A stretch of DNA of 64,000 nucleotides from Azolla caroliniana (taxonomy: Eukaryota; Plantae; Polypodiophyta). Position numbers and translations under genes: made by a program. Below the pieces are notes generated by a model, which searched no databases, had not been told where the DNA came from, and saw nothing but the letters and a program-made list of their open reading frames with translations. The DNA lies in NCBI GenBank assembly GCA_043228905.1, contig JBHGNT010000015.1:806001-870000 (forward strand), in the 5' to 3' direction. Positions 50,101-63,865 of the stretch are shown piece by piece. Position 1 is the first letter of the stretch, and every line of letters starts with the position of its first letter.

Positions 50101-51790
50101 CATCGTGATCTTTAGAGCCTTGTATGCTTCGTCTTATGGTGCTTGCCCATCGGAAAGGTGTATTCGGCTATGCCATCAAAATTGCCCTAACAACCGGCTA
50201 AGGGCCTTTGCGGTGGTCGGAGCCATAACGGCCAAGATGGTATTTACTTTGTATGGGTCCATCCTTCTCGGCTCACGATATGCCCGAGTAGGGCACCGCT
50301 AGATACATTAAGTGCACATTTCGCCGGATTAAGGCTTAGCCGAGCTTGGCGACAGTGTTTCAAACAAAGGCATAACTGGTCGAGATGCTCTAGTTGGCGA
50401 TCGTAAACATCAAAATCATCTAGAAAGACTTGCATGAAGGCTGGAATATATTCACCGAAACACTTGGTGATGATAATGTTGGAATGTGATCGACACCGTC
50501 TTCAACCCGAACATCATTACTACGGCCATGAAAACACCCCACTCGGTCACAAATGTTGTCTTTTCCTAGTCCTCGGGGTGCATTTGGATTTGATTGTATC
50601 CACTGAACCCATCCAGAAAGTTATACCTCTTGTGGCCTGCCACTGCATCTAATATGTCGTCCATAAAAGGAAGGGGAAATGTGTCAGTAATTGTTTCTGC
50701 ATTTAGTTTTCGATAATCGATGCACACTTGGATTTTGCCGTTTTTCTTCAAAACGACGATAATTGGGCTAAGCCACGTGGCATGTTTTACGGGCTCAATG
50801 AACCCACAACTCAGAGGAGTTTATTGATTTCTTCTTTGACCTTCGCTGCGTAATTGGGGTTCATTCTAGATCGGCGTTGCTACACTGGTCGGGTGTCTCT
50901 ATTTAAGATGAATTTGATTTTGGTAGTATCGAGGATCTAACCGTTTCATGTCGCTATACGACCAAGCAAAAACATCGTTGTAATCCGAGAGCAAGCTTAC
51001 CAACGTCGATCCCTTGTCGTGTGCGAGTTCTTTTGCTATTTTCAACGACCGTGGGTCCGCGCTTGTGCCGAGGTTGATCTCTTCGAGTGTCGACGCTTTT
51101 ACTCGTTGTGATATCGCCACTTCTCTTTCGAGAGCTTCTCGGGCATGTCGTAGCTCATCCATCGATTTCAGGTCAGGTTTCGACCGACGTCTTGATCCCC
51201 CAAGTTTGCTGGTTTGGAAACATACGGGCTAACAACTTCCACGATATTGATGTCGAATAGAGGTACGATCTTCGGGTGATCCTCAAGGAAGCTGTCGATT
51301 TTGTCATCGGTTAATCCATCCCCAATCCATCTAGCATATGGACACCTTCGGCATACAGAGGGGTGGTGTCCTTCGGCGTGGGAACTCGTTCTTATGTAGC
51401 GACGCGAACCTTGGTTTCCATTGTCGGAAAGAGATCATGTTGCGCTGCCAGTGTTGTTTGATGTTCATGGTGCGTAACCAGGGGCGCCAAGCAACATGGG
51501 TAGGCCCCGAGAGCGTCCAGCCGTAACACCACAGTTGAGATCATGAAGGTGTGGCTTTCAAGGACGAAATCGAGTTTCTGAATCAGACCGAGAGGTCACG
51601 AAACAGGTATCCGCTATGCGCAACCAAAATGGGCAAGGTTCCCATTGTGTAAGGCCGAGGGATCTGCAGGTTGCTTCGCTAATCACGTTGACTCCGGATC
51701 CGCCATCAATTATGCAACCACTTATCTCACACCCTTTGATTATTATTTTGACGACGGGGTTCTACGCATCCATTACCGGTGGACCTAACA
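47161..51790 (-). mobile_element. Decayed Athila/Tat-like (non-chromovirus) Gypsy internal region with a post-pol extra ORF
   Basis: Protease IIDGGSGVNV near 51700; EEINLG linker; RT CIDYRKLN..FPLPFMDDIL..FLDGFSGYNQI (50566-50751) and VFLDDF; RNase H KFRHYLLG..ADYLSRLE (49536-49760); integrase zinc-finger remnant near 49.1-49.3 kb; broken extra ORF 48.99-47.16 kb. Confidence 0.88.
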
Positions 51791-51794
51791 ATCG

Positions 51795-52115
51795 GCGATG
51801 GTTCGGTTCGAGAGGGTCCGAACTAAACCATAAAACCATTAAACTGAACGATTAAAAAAATTCCAAACCGTTACACCATTAAACCGATAAAACCACAGTT
51901 TCGTGGTTCAGTTTCGGTTTTCAGCTTAGGTCAAATTTCAAATTGTAAACTTTTAAAAAAAATAAAATATAAAAAACTATTAAATCGTTTAAACCATGGT
52001 TTCTAACTGTTGAAACTGAACCAAACCGTTAAAAAATCCCAAACCTGAACTGAACCGTTTAAACCGTTAAGCCGCGGTTTTGCGGTTCAGTTCGGTTCAA
52101 ATAGAACCGTTGCAT
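51795..52115. mobile_element. Non-autonomous hAT/MITE-like element rich in AAACCG/CGGTT motifs
   Basis: Dense aaaccg, gaaccg and cggttc motifs in both orientations around an AT-rich core; TIR and TSD not resolved. Confidence 0.55.
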
Positions 52116-53954
52116 ATTGTTAGTACTAAAATAAAAAGTAAATAAAGTTGGTGTTATGCAATATGCTCATTTCCAACATAAATAGTAGTGAAGTATTGGT
52201 TGAACTTAGTAAGGGGGTGTAGTTTATTTAAAAACAGAATATCTCGTTGGGTCTCTGGTTTTAAGGTGTAATAAGAGCTTAATTTAAGATCATTGCATAA
52301 GGCACTTTTGTCACTTCATGTATTCGAAATGGATCCTGTATTGCCTTTATCAATACAAGTAGCATGTCAAAAAGATATGGTTTAATAATTGAAGGGAGAT
52401 GAGATGACATCAATACAAGTAGCATGTCAAAAAGACGTAAAAAATTATGACGCGGACAACAACAACGATGACTTGATGGATTTGTGTACACACGTGAACT
52501 TGGTTGGAAGTACCCACTCTAAACTTCCATTGTTATAAACTTTTGAGGGTTTATAGTGTATACAACCTATTGACTAACATATTTTTTAAACAAACAAAAT
52601 TTTATTCGAATAATAAGCATCTAACTTAATAAACTCTAGTCAAACATTATGTTAGACGAAAAGCTTTTTCTTCTTGAATGGACAACTTAACAAAATTAGA
52701 CATTGTAGCTAACAAAATACCTCCTATACATTACATATATATGTATTGAATCGATGAAGGAATAATGGTAGCAAACAATTGGTGGTTGGAAAGCAATAGC
52801 CTACACAGCAGGTATAAAGGAATCATGACAACAAAATGTTGCTGGTTTTGTAAATTGCAAAATCACTTTTATTTATCAAAATTCAAGGATAAAACATTTG
52901 CCCATGCAACACAACAACATGAGCTAAATTAACTCCAAAAGGTTTAAAATGTCTAGTTTTTAAAGGAGACACTAAAAGTATATTGTTTCTCAACAATATA
53001 CTCAGTCGCTAAAAGGAAGCTAAAAACCGGAAACTAATAGACACATTATGAGGAATTTGTTGACAAAACCATACACATCCATTATAAGTAATGAGTTAGA
53101 AAATGATGCACTTTTCCGTTGTAAAGGGAAACATAATAGAATTCAAAAGTCAACAATGTTAAATGTGCTATGAAACTTTGTCAATCTACTTTGAAGCAAT
53201 CTCTCCACTTAGAACCAACACATAATGTGCTTGAAAGATGTATGTGTGGTGGGAATGTGTGCACAAGGGAGTGAACAACAACATGAATGTTTGTATAAGA
53301 TATTGTAAATAATGCAAGACTAGTTGGTCATGAATCATGGTGGTCTCTTGTCCAAGTAAAGAAATGTGTCCACTACCATGCAAATGCAAGGGCTTCACCT
53401 AGCTTGGACAAGCGATGATATACTTACATCCTCGGAAAGCCATAAACATGATAGGGGTGTGTGCATGAGAAGGAAAGAATGACATATTTAGGTCTAAGGC
53501 CTAACCCAAAAATACTTATATTTAACAGGTTTTGAGCCATTCTCCGCACAAAAGTGTGTTTCATATATGTATTTGGAATAAGTACATTTGTATTGACGAT
53601 GTGATTGGTAAGGTTGCTTTGTGAATATGTTCGATTAGCTACATTTGAAAATGATGCATGTGTTTGAGAAAAAAACAAGTATGGCTTATCACTAAGGTAC
53701 AAACTCCAGTAGACACTAGACAGGAAAAAAGAGAGGGAGAAAAGTGAGAATTGGGCCACATGGTCGGTGATTCGCAGAAGTTATTGCCCCCCCTAATATG
53801 GAGTGGAAGACGACCCACCAATCGAGATGACGGAGAGGCTCATTGAGGGATCAACAAGACATAATGTGTTCCGTGTTTTCATAAGGAAAACAAGCGAAAG
53901 CCCAAAGAGAGGCTCTTGTCAATGTATGGGGGCCAAGACAAGCAATTGATTTGA

Positions 53955-53984
53955 CATACACATACACACACATACACATATTAC

Positions 53985-54069
<85 letters not shown>

Positions 54070-54155
54070 TACATACATTCAGACGGGCAGAAACCGTGTG
54101 AATATACACAACACATTTGAAAGACACAGAAATCCTTTCTTCTTCCTCTTGACAG

Positions 54156-54210
<55 letters not shown>

Positions 54211-54288
54211 AGACGCAGAGACTCCCGTCACGATTAACGGAACCCGCCGTCACCGTCAGTCTCCGACACACGCAAACGCACAGAGCGA

Positions 54289-54337
<49 letters not shown>
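53955..54337. repeat. Microsatellite cluster upstream of NDL: (ACATAC)n, (GA)n, (CT)n
   Basis: (ACATAC)n ~53983-54077, (GA)n ~54160-54205 and (CT)n ~54293-54337, read directly. Confidence 0.95.
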
Positions 54338-54339
<2 letters not shown>

Positions 54340-54385
54340 ACACAAAGACACAGACACAGTCTCAGTTTTTTCTGCTTTTCTCGCC

Positions 54386-54546
54386 ATGGCTGCCCCTTCT
54401 TTGCCGTTTCTTAGACCCTGCCATCGTTTCCGTTCCATCTCCATAATCAACACAGTAGCGTAACTGCTCTCTCACTCTCTCTTTCTCTTTCTCCATCTTC
54501 TTCCATGCTTGCGCCTGTTTCTTTGGCCGAAGAATGTGTGAACTAG
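54386..54546 (+). promoter_or_regulatory. Two candidate uORFs in the NDL leader
   Basis: gccATGG at 54386 gives [25 protein letters not shown] (stop ends 54463). ATG at 54505 gives [13 protein letters not shown] (ends 54546), overlapping the main ATG out of frame. Confidence 0.5.
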
Positions 54547-57500
54547 AGAATGCCATCGCTGTTCCTATCGACACTTTCCCCTGCAATGGCCAGGTACTTA
54601 TGAATGAATATACATACGTGTGCAAGTATGTATATGGATACGCATATATACACATACATATCCTCGTCTTTTACAAAGAACTCCATCTCTTGTTTCTTCA
54701 TAAGTTCAAATGTGTGTGTACACACACATTTGCCTTTCAAATTCACTTTGCATTGCTCAGGCATTTGCTCATTGTCTTCTACTTCTTGCAGGAGCACATA
54801 GTTAAGACCACATTTGGACCTATTTCTGTGTTAGTCTGTGGAGAAGAGGGGAAGCCACCACTGATCACGTACCCGGATGTGGCTCTCAATGGTAAGCATC
54901 TTTATTAACCGTCATGTGAATTTCTCTCATTTAAAGAGAGAAAACGTGTGTTACTCTCATTAATCTTCATAGGAAATATGCTATCACAAAGAGATAGCAT
55001 ATTCAGGCATGTCTCTAAACCGTAATTAGCTGCTCAATACTGTTCTTGTGAATTTGCACATGCCACGTGAGAATATATGGAAGGGAAGCTCTTCGTTACT
55101 CTTCATGAGAGTACAAGGAGATATAATATGCGGTGCTTTTCTTCAATCTTCATGGGACTTTGCTCATATACGAAAAAGACAGCATACCTGAATGTGACTT
55201 AAATGTTAAACCCTTTAGGAATCTGCATGATTTATGACCAAACTGACTATAATCTGAACTAAAAAATGGTTTGAATAAATTTGGTCATATTTGGATGTTA
55301 CTTGAATGTTAAACTACATGATATCTGACATTACTGTCTATAATTTGGACAAAACACTGATGCATGTGTTGTCTCACAGTGCTATAATTCGATCCAAATG
55401 ATCGTATGATTTCCAACTTTCTTTGTTTCCTAATGATATGCTTTATCCTTCTGCAGTAATGTCATGTTTCCAAGGTCTCTTTTTGTGCCCTGAGGCGGCA
55501 TCTGTGCTTCTGGAACATTTTTGTATCTACCACATCAATGCCCCTGGCCACGAGGTAACTCTGCCAAAATCTTGAATAATTGTGATATATTACTTATAGA
55601 GAACCTTAAATATCTCTTCGATGTTTATTGATCAGTCTCAACGTATTTATATTAAGTGCGAACAAGTAACACATTCTTTAGAAATCTTGAGCACCTCTGG
55701 AATGTTTAGTTGCCATGAGTTGGTTCTATTAAAATCTTCAACTTTGCAATGATTCCTCCAAAAGCATTGCAATGAATGACTCTTCCAATGTTGATTGGTT
55801 TCTCAGGTAGGAGCAACTTCAGTATCCACAGCTCAACCCATCCTAACTGTTGATAACTTAGCTGACCAAGTTGCCGAAATCCTCGACTTCTTTAAGTAAG
55901 CACAGGAACTACATTTTTTGCTTGTTTTGTTATCTCTTGTCTAAATTAACCCAGTGCATCAATGCTTTGTGTATATAGCTTGGAGGAAGTCATATGTATG
56001 GGTGTCACAGCTGGAGCATACATCTTGACATTATTCGCAGTAAGTATCAGCTTCTGCTAACCTTTAATGAGGAATAAAAAAGAAGGTTAGAATTGGCCAA
56101 TTTGCTTATGGATGACCATAATATGGAGTGAATAGTGTGGCAATTATATACACCATATTTGCACGTGGATGGCTTTGCCATGCAGTGTCTCTGGCTAGCG
56201 TGATAGCCCTTTATATATGTATAAAGTCTTGCTCTTGTTTTTACATATGTATATCGGCCAATCTCTAGCGTTGTGTATATAACATATCAATAGTTCTTCT
56301 TTCTGTTGAAGCTTAATGAAGAACATATATCTAAGATTCCTAATCAAAGATCCTGACCTAGTGATATCTACATCATGCAAAACATGGTGGCTTATAATTT
56401 GTTTTTCGTATGCTATTCTCTGTTGCTGAGATTCTGGTGGGTTTCTAGATGAAATACAGGGAACGAGCGATCGGATTGATACTGATTTCACCTCTATGTC
56501 AAGTGCCAAGTTGGACAGAATGGTTCTGCAACAAGGTCAGGATGACACTTGGTAACCTCCACTATTCTTCAGGTAGAAAATAACATTTTGCTAATCATGC
56601 ACATGACTATTTGATACTCCGCACTTATTATTATTGCAGTTGATGATCAATTTGCTATACTTCTATGGGATGTGTAGTGTTGTTAAGGAGATCCTTTTGA
56701 GGCGCTATTTCAGTCCGGTACACCTTCAGACTCTATTCTCAGAATACTCTAATTGTTGAAGATGACATTTCGTAAAAAGTATAGCTCGAAGTGGTTGAAA
56801 ATCACCATAGTATAAGAGAGAGAAAGAACTATGTTGATGTCCCCCTAGTATACGGACATACACTGAATAGTTTATGGAATAATTAGTTAGATCTTTGATA
56901 TTTGGTCAAAGCTAGGATATTTATACGAAATCTAACGCGTGCAGGATTTACGGATGAGCAATAATGAAGAGTCTGATATTGTACAAACATGTAGTAGGGT
57001 AAGACTCGGATTGGCTTTCGATCTTACATGATTGAATTTATGAATTCAATTCTTGATTTGTTAACTGTAAATTCTTGATGGTGCATATGGTGATATTTAG
57101 ATGCTGGATGAAAGGCATGGCCACAGTGTTCTAAGGTTTCTGCAAGCCATGCACTTGTAAGCCTTTTCCTTGGCTTAAATGTAACGAAAAGTAAATGTCA
57201 TGCTTTTGTATACAACACACTTGACAAGAAGACCACACCATTCAGATTACTGATCTATTTTTTGAACTCTTTCAAGGAGGATGGATTTGACCAGCTCCCT
57301 TAAGAAGCTCAAGTGTCGGACTCTCATATTTGTCGGGGAACGTTCACCTTTTCACAATGATGCATTGCATATGAGTCGAGAAATGGACAGGAAATACAAT
57401 GCTCTAGTGGAGGTAAGTCTCCATTTCCTTAATTTTAAGCCCCCCATCACTAATATATCATTCACTTACATAATTCCAACAATCTTATGTGATGCAAGGC

Positions 57501-57978
57501 TAGAGAATTTCGGTGTTCGACTAAGAATGCCCAAGATAACTTGTTGGAAATAAAAACACTGGAGATAGATAGATAGATAATTTTAGCATCCATACAGAAA
57601 GAGAGAGAGAGAGACCCAGGTATATATATATATATAGCTGACATTCCTGCTCAAATGAGGGTCCCTAGCTATGAGAGGAAACCCCTAATTTGTCTGCTGT
57701 AAAGACTTCATAGATACTGAAAGTTATGTTGTATGCTGTACCTACAGGTGCAAGCTTGTGGATCCCTCGTTACTGAGGAGATACCGCATTCGATGCTCAT
57801 ACCGCTCGAATATTTCTTGATGGGTTATGGTTTCTACCGGCCTAATCAACTCACAAGCTACCATTCTCCTTCAAGCTCGTTAAGCCCTCCTTGCATTTCA
57901 GCTGAGCTCTTATCTCCTCAAAGCCTCGGGCTCAAACTGAAACCGATCAAAACGAAATTCTATAGTAATCATGATTGA
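54534..57978 (+). CDS. NDL: NDRG/Ndr-family protein (NDL / pollen SF21-like), 349 aa
   Basis: 11 exons: 54534-54593, 54792-54891, 55457-55554, 55807-55895, 55979-56039, 56449-56535, 56640-56717, 56945-56998, 57101-57156, 57277-57412, 57748-57978; 1050 nt in frame. Motifs [62 protein letters not shown]. Confidence 0.96.
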
Positions 57979-59499
57979 CATTCATTCTTGCCTCCTTTGG
58001 AGCCCTACCTTGTTTGGCTTTGCTAGAGTCTAAAAGTTTTACTTAAAAAGGTCACACCAGCTTTTGTAAATTATACTTATGGCTTCTCTGATCACGCTGC
58101 ATTCCCATTTTGTAAAATGCTTATTCTTTATTCTTCTCATAAGGACACTTTTCATGAAAAAAACATTGATTAATTGAAACTCGATATTAAATGGAACACC
58201 TTGCAGATTTCTACCTAAAAAAACCCTAATACACTCTTAGCCCATGTACATTTTTTTATGAGATTCCTTTTGCAATTAAGAGAAGCATTGTATGGAACTT
58301 CGTTACACTATTTATTATAGTCATGGATGGATATACCTACTACAAGATTGATGATAAAAATAAAAAGACTAACTTGAGGTGCATGTTTTCCTCTAATCCA
58401 TTAGTTGTATAGTGAGGGAGCTCAAATTTATGACACACCAAATCAAGTAATTAAGAATGACATGATTGATTATAACGGAACTTGATTTGAAACTATGAAC
58501 ACACTAAAGTTGAAAGAAAATGGCCTTGGAGTTTTTGAACCAAGATGTCAATTACTGGTTAGTAGTCTCCATGTAAACTTGCTATAACTAGTTCATGTAC
58601 CAAGGAGATTTTGATCCAGAAGGATGCCTTAACAATGAATCTTCTATAACTGAATAAATGAAAATTCTTTGTTAAGGCATCATTCCGAATCAAAGTCTCC
58701 TTGTTTATGGAAGATTCGGGGGAAGGATGTAGTAAATAATGATCATTTTGCTAATCTAACACCCTCTACATTACTTGTGTAGAAGAACCATATCCATTCA
58801 TAGCCAATCCCTCTATTTTTGTGCTTATTTAAAAAACCAAGCCTATGAGTTCTCATGAGCTATATATGGATGTGGGGACAATAAGTAAAATAGTCTTATT
58901 AAACACATGTATAGAACTCAAACCCAACGTGCACATTTCTAGAAATATAGAATGTAACTTTTATAAAGCAAGGCTATCTTTTTCAACCTTGCGTTGGGTT
59001 TTGGAAAACAAAGTTTGTGTTAATATGCATGATTCTAGATAAGTAGAAAAAAGTGAGCAAATGCATGAGGGTTGCTTAGAATGAATATATTACTTAAAAG
59101 TTAGACCCATTACTTGAGGTTGAGACATACGGTGTGAGGCCTACAAAACATAAACTTCATCATGAAACCCTCATGTTCTCTTTTTAATTTTTGCAAATAT
59201 TAAAAGTATATCTTTGTGTGTCAATTATATTAGTATATATTTATATATGTGCATGTTTGGTTTATATTAATAGCCAACAACCAAGGGTAGGAGAAATGTC
59301 TCATTGCGTAGAGTAGTTTGACTTTTTTTGGCTTTTCAACAATAATGGTCATGATTTGAATAGGTTCAAGAATTCCCCAACTCAACTTAATAAATGCAAC
59401 TAATATATGATCAACAAATCATTTGACATACTTGCACGAGCAAATCTAACCAATATGTTCACAATTATGTTAAAAAACACCATTATAAGACCACCTTTT

Positions 59500-59710
59500 A
59501 CATATTACACCATAGCTTTGTTACTATAAACTATAACTAGATCAGATTGACATATCACAACACAATTTTGTTACAATAAACTATAACTATACCACATCGA
59601 CATATTACAACACAATTGTGTTACAATAAACTATAACTAGACTGCGTTGACATATTACATCATAATTTTGTTACAATAAACTATTGATAAACCACATTGC
59701 CATATTACAA
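59500..59710. repeat. ~50-bp minisatellite, about 4 units
   Basis: tt(t/g)gttac(t/a)ataaactataacta...gacatatt(a/c)caacacaa repeated. Confidence 0.85.
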
Positions 59711-60304
59711 GTCCAACATATACATATTACATCATCACGATACATAAATTTAGATGCACAAAAATAGATACACGACCCGTTTTAGCTTTGATCATGTTGA
59801 GACACATTTAAAGAAGAAATAGAAAATGCCATAAATAGCCCCCCAAAAATACAGCCATTTTACTTTTTGGTTATAAACTTGTTCATTATTGAGAAGTGCT
59901 AAAACCAATGTTGGAATGAAAATCCTATTAAAAATGCATTGCCTTTCATTATATACTTACTTTATATATTCGATATCCCCATTACCAAGATTAGCACGAC
60001 TCATTTAGCATAAATATGAACATTGACATGCAAATGTGTAAAGATTCCATAACTTCTATGCTCTTTTCTTTCTTGCATAAAGAGGGGTATCATTGTTGTT
60101 ATCAAAATAAAAGAAACCATAACACACCCTATGATTGGGGAAGACACGATTCTATAAGGAATACATCAAATAGTTGATTTAAATGCTACAATACCCATGC
60201 ATCACTGAAAGAATAACAAAGAAAGAAGAATACCTCAATGTTTGATGTATGGACAATATATTGATGTGTCTTTCATCAAGAAAAAACGAGTCTATATGTA
60301 TATA

Positions 60305-61560
60305 TTTTTTCTTTTCCTTTTCTTTTTTTCCCAGAAAAAACTCCTTCCATTAGTTATAAAATTTTACACATGAGAAAGTTATATACAAATCCCCGTAGGG
60401 ATGCAATAGTTCCATCTTATTTGGAGGCCCAATGACTCAAAAGACCCACCTACATCGTTGTTTCCAGAGAATCAAAAGTGTTATTGGGTTGACCAGTTCT
60501 AGCACAACTTGAGCTTTGGCATTACTAAGAGTTGAGTGGATATTGTCGGTGGTGGAAAACATGATCTCTTCTGCCATTGATACCAATGGCATCCCCTCCT
60601 CCTGATGTTCGTATCTGTCAACTGGGGTCTACCATGATAACCAACATACATTCCCCCACTTGATTGTGCCTTGCACTTGCGTGTTGGATTGATTATGTTC
60701 TATTTGGGCACACTACACAATTGGGAGAGCTAAGGATCCCACATTGCAACCGATAGTGCCTTATGTATTAATAGCCATTCGAACATGTTAATTCATCTAG
60801 TGTGTTGTTTCCACAATTGCTACCCAAACTTAGTTATAGTTGTATGGGGAATATGATATGTGTGCCACATCTTTGCAACAACTGAACCTCTAGCAATTTA
60901 AGCAATTAGGATGTGGTGACCCAATCTAGTTGTGAATTGGAGGAAAGGGATGTCTTTGCTTCTTTGGCCCGCATAAGGATCTTACCACATCCATTGCATA
61001 GGGTCCAAATTGTTGACCTCACGTAGCCATGTGTTTTCATGAGTACAAATGTGCATTTGGCTTCTCTTAATCAAGTCAAAAGCATGCGTTCAAAGATTCT
61101 ATTTGCATCAAGTTCGTGTATGTTCTTCTCTTATATGTGGATTTTCAATCACCTTTTTACACAAAAGCTTCCCATCTTAGAGGGAAAGATATCGATATTC
61201 TTGTCTATGCAAGTGCAATCAACGCATAGCTATTGCGTAAGTTTGTTGCAATGCTAAATCAATCTTGTAATGATAACTCACTAGTTTTGATGGATTCTTC
61301 AAGAGCATTATTGGAAGCTCATATTCTCTCCAAAGAATCAGGAAACACTCCTTTTGTGACTTCATATCCCAAGGACAAATGGTTCCACACTTCCATGTGC
61401 AAAAGCTGTCACCTTTTCATGCTATTGAGTGTGAGACCAAAGCCCCTTGTAAAAATGATGCACACTTCTTTTTTTGTTTATTAGTCCAAATATACTCAGA
61501 GATGAGAGTTCCACAATTTTTCTTAAGAAAACGTAGTGTCAAAGTAGTTTCAAGTTATAA
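60305..61560 (-). mobile_element. Highly decayed LINE remnant
   Basis: The minus strand near 60735-60790 reads MFEWLLIHKALSV, like the zf-RVT segment at 2.8 kb; T-rich tail at ~60305-60330. Confidence 0.4.
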
Positions 61561-61967
61561 AATCATTCTAGAGTTCCAATTATAAACCATCCATTAAATA
61601 AGGACTTTCTCACATGACAAGATGGGAGGAAAAGAAATAACACACCCTAAATATTGTGGAAACGTTACATAAAAACCTTCCCACATTTTGATTTGAATTT
61701 TCGAACTCCTTAACAGGGAAAATAAAACAAGGCCCTTAGATTTCGTGAAGCAAAAATCACAAAAAATTTACCTTGAAAGGGTCCCAAAAGTCATTTAATC
61801 GAAGTATGTCTATTTGTTTATGTAAGAAATGCACATTCGACTATGAGTCCTGTACTGATATCTTGTTCTTGGATTCCATTGACTAGTTTCCTTGACAAAA
61901 GTTAACAAAGTTAAAAATTATCAACTAGGATCATAAAAGCAAAAGAAATGCCCTCCAATTCATATAA

Positions 61968-62527
61968 CTAAGGTTCTGCTGCAGCTGCTGTTGTTATTGT
62001 AGGTGGAGGTGAAGTTTTATTGGTAAGAAGAAATTCAGGTGCTAGGTGTTGATATATAGGATGAATTCGTGGACCGTCAGCAGGGTCCACATGGACCCAT
62101 TTCCGCCCATTTCTCCGCTTTTTCTCAAACCGAACAAATCCTGGGACTAATGCAAAAAGTGTATGGTCTCTACCAATACCCACATAGTTTCCTGGATGAA
62201 ACCTTGTTCCACGCTGTCTGATTATAATGTTCCCTGGTATCACCTTCTGCATAAGTTCAAGACCAAACACACATATAAGAAAAGTAATCTACATGGAGAG
62301 CACTAAAAGGGAAATGACAGTAACCTACACACCAGCTAAACATGGAAAAAATTACAAGAAAAACAACAAATGCAGTAACCACATACATCTTACCTCACCA
62401 CCGAACTTCTTTACCCCAAGATTTTTGGGCTTGGAATCCCGACCATTATTTGTCGAACCTCCAGCTTTTTTGGTTGCCCACCTCTTGAACATATTAAATG
62501 ATCCACCCACATTTTCTTCGGCTATCT
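61968..62527 (-). CDS. RPL27: Mitochondrial ribosomal protein L27 (bL27m), last two exons; first exon not located in the window
   Basis: Exons 62527-62394 ([31 protein letters not shown]) and 62246-61968 ([33 protein letters not shown]); GT-AG intron. Confidence 0.93.
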
Positions 62528-63491
62528 CTGGTAAAAGATAGTAAAAGATATTGTGTTATACCATATATAATACAAATGGATTAATGGTGCAAAGCACCAG
62601 GTTCCATGACCAATACAGAAAAGAAAAGAAAACAACTTATTTAGCAGAATACCTACAGTGTGTGTGTGGAAAGGGAACAATAAAATGATTGAAACAAATA
62701 GATAAAGTATAATAGGGCCACACAAGGAGCTTCCTAACCCAAAGAGGATTCTATCAGCAAAAGCAGTGAAATTACTTGCGACTGAGGCAAAGAAAACTAA
62801 AAGATTATGCAAAAGAAAAAATTACAAAGAGAAATTCTAATGTGTACAATTCCTCATTGGCAGATCAACTCTGAGAAAATATAACTATCAGGGGCTAACA
62901 CTTCTCTTTCTTTCAAGTATCTCTCACAGTTTATCTGTTTGCCTCTGTAACTTCTGTCCTAAATACACGCACACCCTTCTTTGATCATGTTCCTACTGTA
63001 CCATGGTTCTTCCATCAGTGCAATAGATTATGCATAGCTTTTCTTTCTTTTGGCAATGAGCATGCCATGTGCTGTATTGTTGTTCCAGAGATTTCAACAA
63101 CATATGTTTCTCCTTATCTTGAGTTAATCTACTTTCTCATAAAGAACAAGAGAAACAGGGATATTCTTCTTATTGTATAAGGACCGTAGAAGCATGTTTT
63201 GAGATTACCATAACATAGTTACCAACAGAGGACATGATTAGTCATATACTTGATAATTCTTTTCCTCCTGCTTGCAGTGATGCCTCCCTGTTCTCCTTGA
63301 ATTGATGGAAGCACGTGACAAAATAGAAGTATCGTAAGGTTCAAGAAAGTCTTTATTTCACTCCTGAATCTCCTTCATAACATAAATAAACTGGATGTAC
63401 AAGCCTCAATCTTGATTCTCAGTGACATCAATCACGAGACTCCTACAAGAATACTTAAGATTGAGTTCCATTATTCTAATTCATGTCATGT

Positions 63492-63865
63492 ATCCTGTCT
63501 TTCATCAAGCATTTTCTTATCTTGTATGAATCTCCATCTGTAATATCATTCTTATGAAATACACATTATATAATTGCACATAACTACAGCAGTTAGCATG
63601 TCAAAGGCATTGAAGAAGTCTTCACATCCATTTAAGAATACTCAAGAATTCCATGATTGGTCATTCTTGGGGTTGTGAATCCTGTCTTTCATCAAGCATT
63701 TTCTTATCTTGTATGAATCTCCATCTGTAATATCATTCTTATGAAATACACATTATATAATTGCACATAACTACAGCAGTTAGCATGTCAAAGGCATTGA
63801 AGAAGTCTTCACATCCATTTAAGAATACTCAAGAATTCCATGATTGGTCATTCTTGGGGTTGTGA
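63492..63865. repeat. Perfect two-copy 187-bp tandem duplication
   Basis: 63492-63678 and 63679-63865 appear identical. Confidence 0.95.

Noticed and set aside
53851-54463. ORFs with HT, VC, ER and SL repeats
   Set aside because: Translations of microsatellites.
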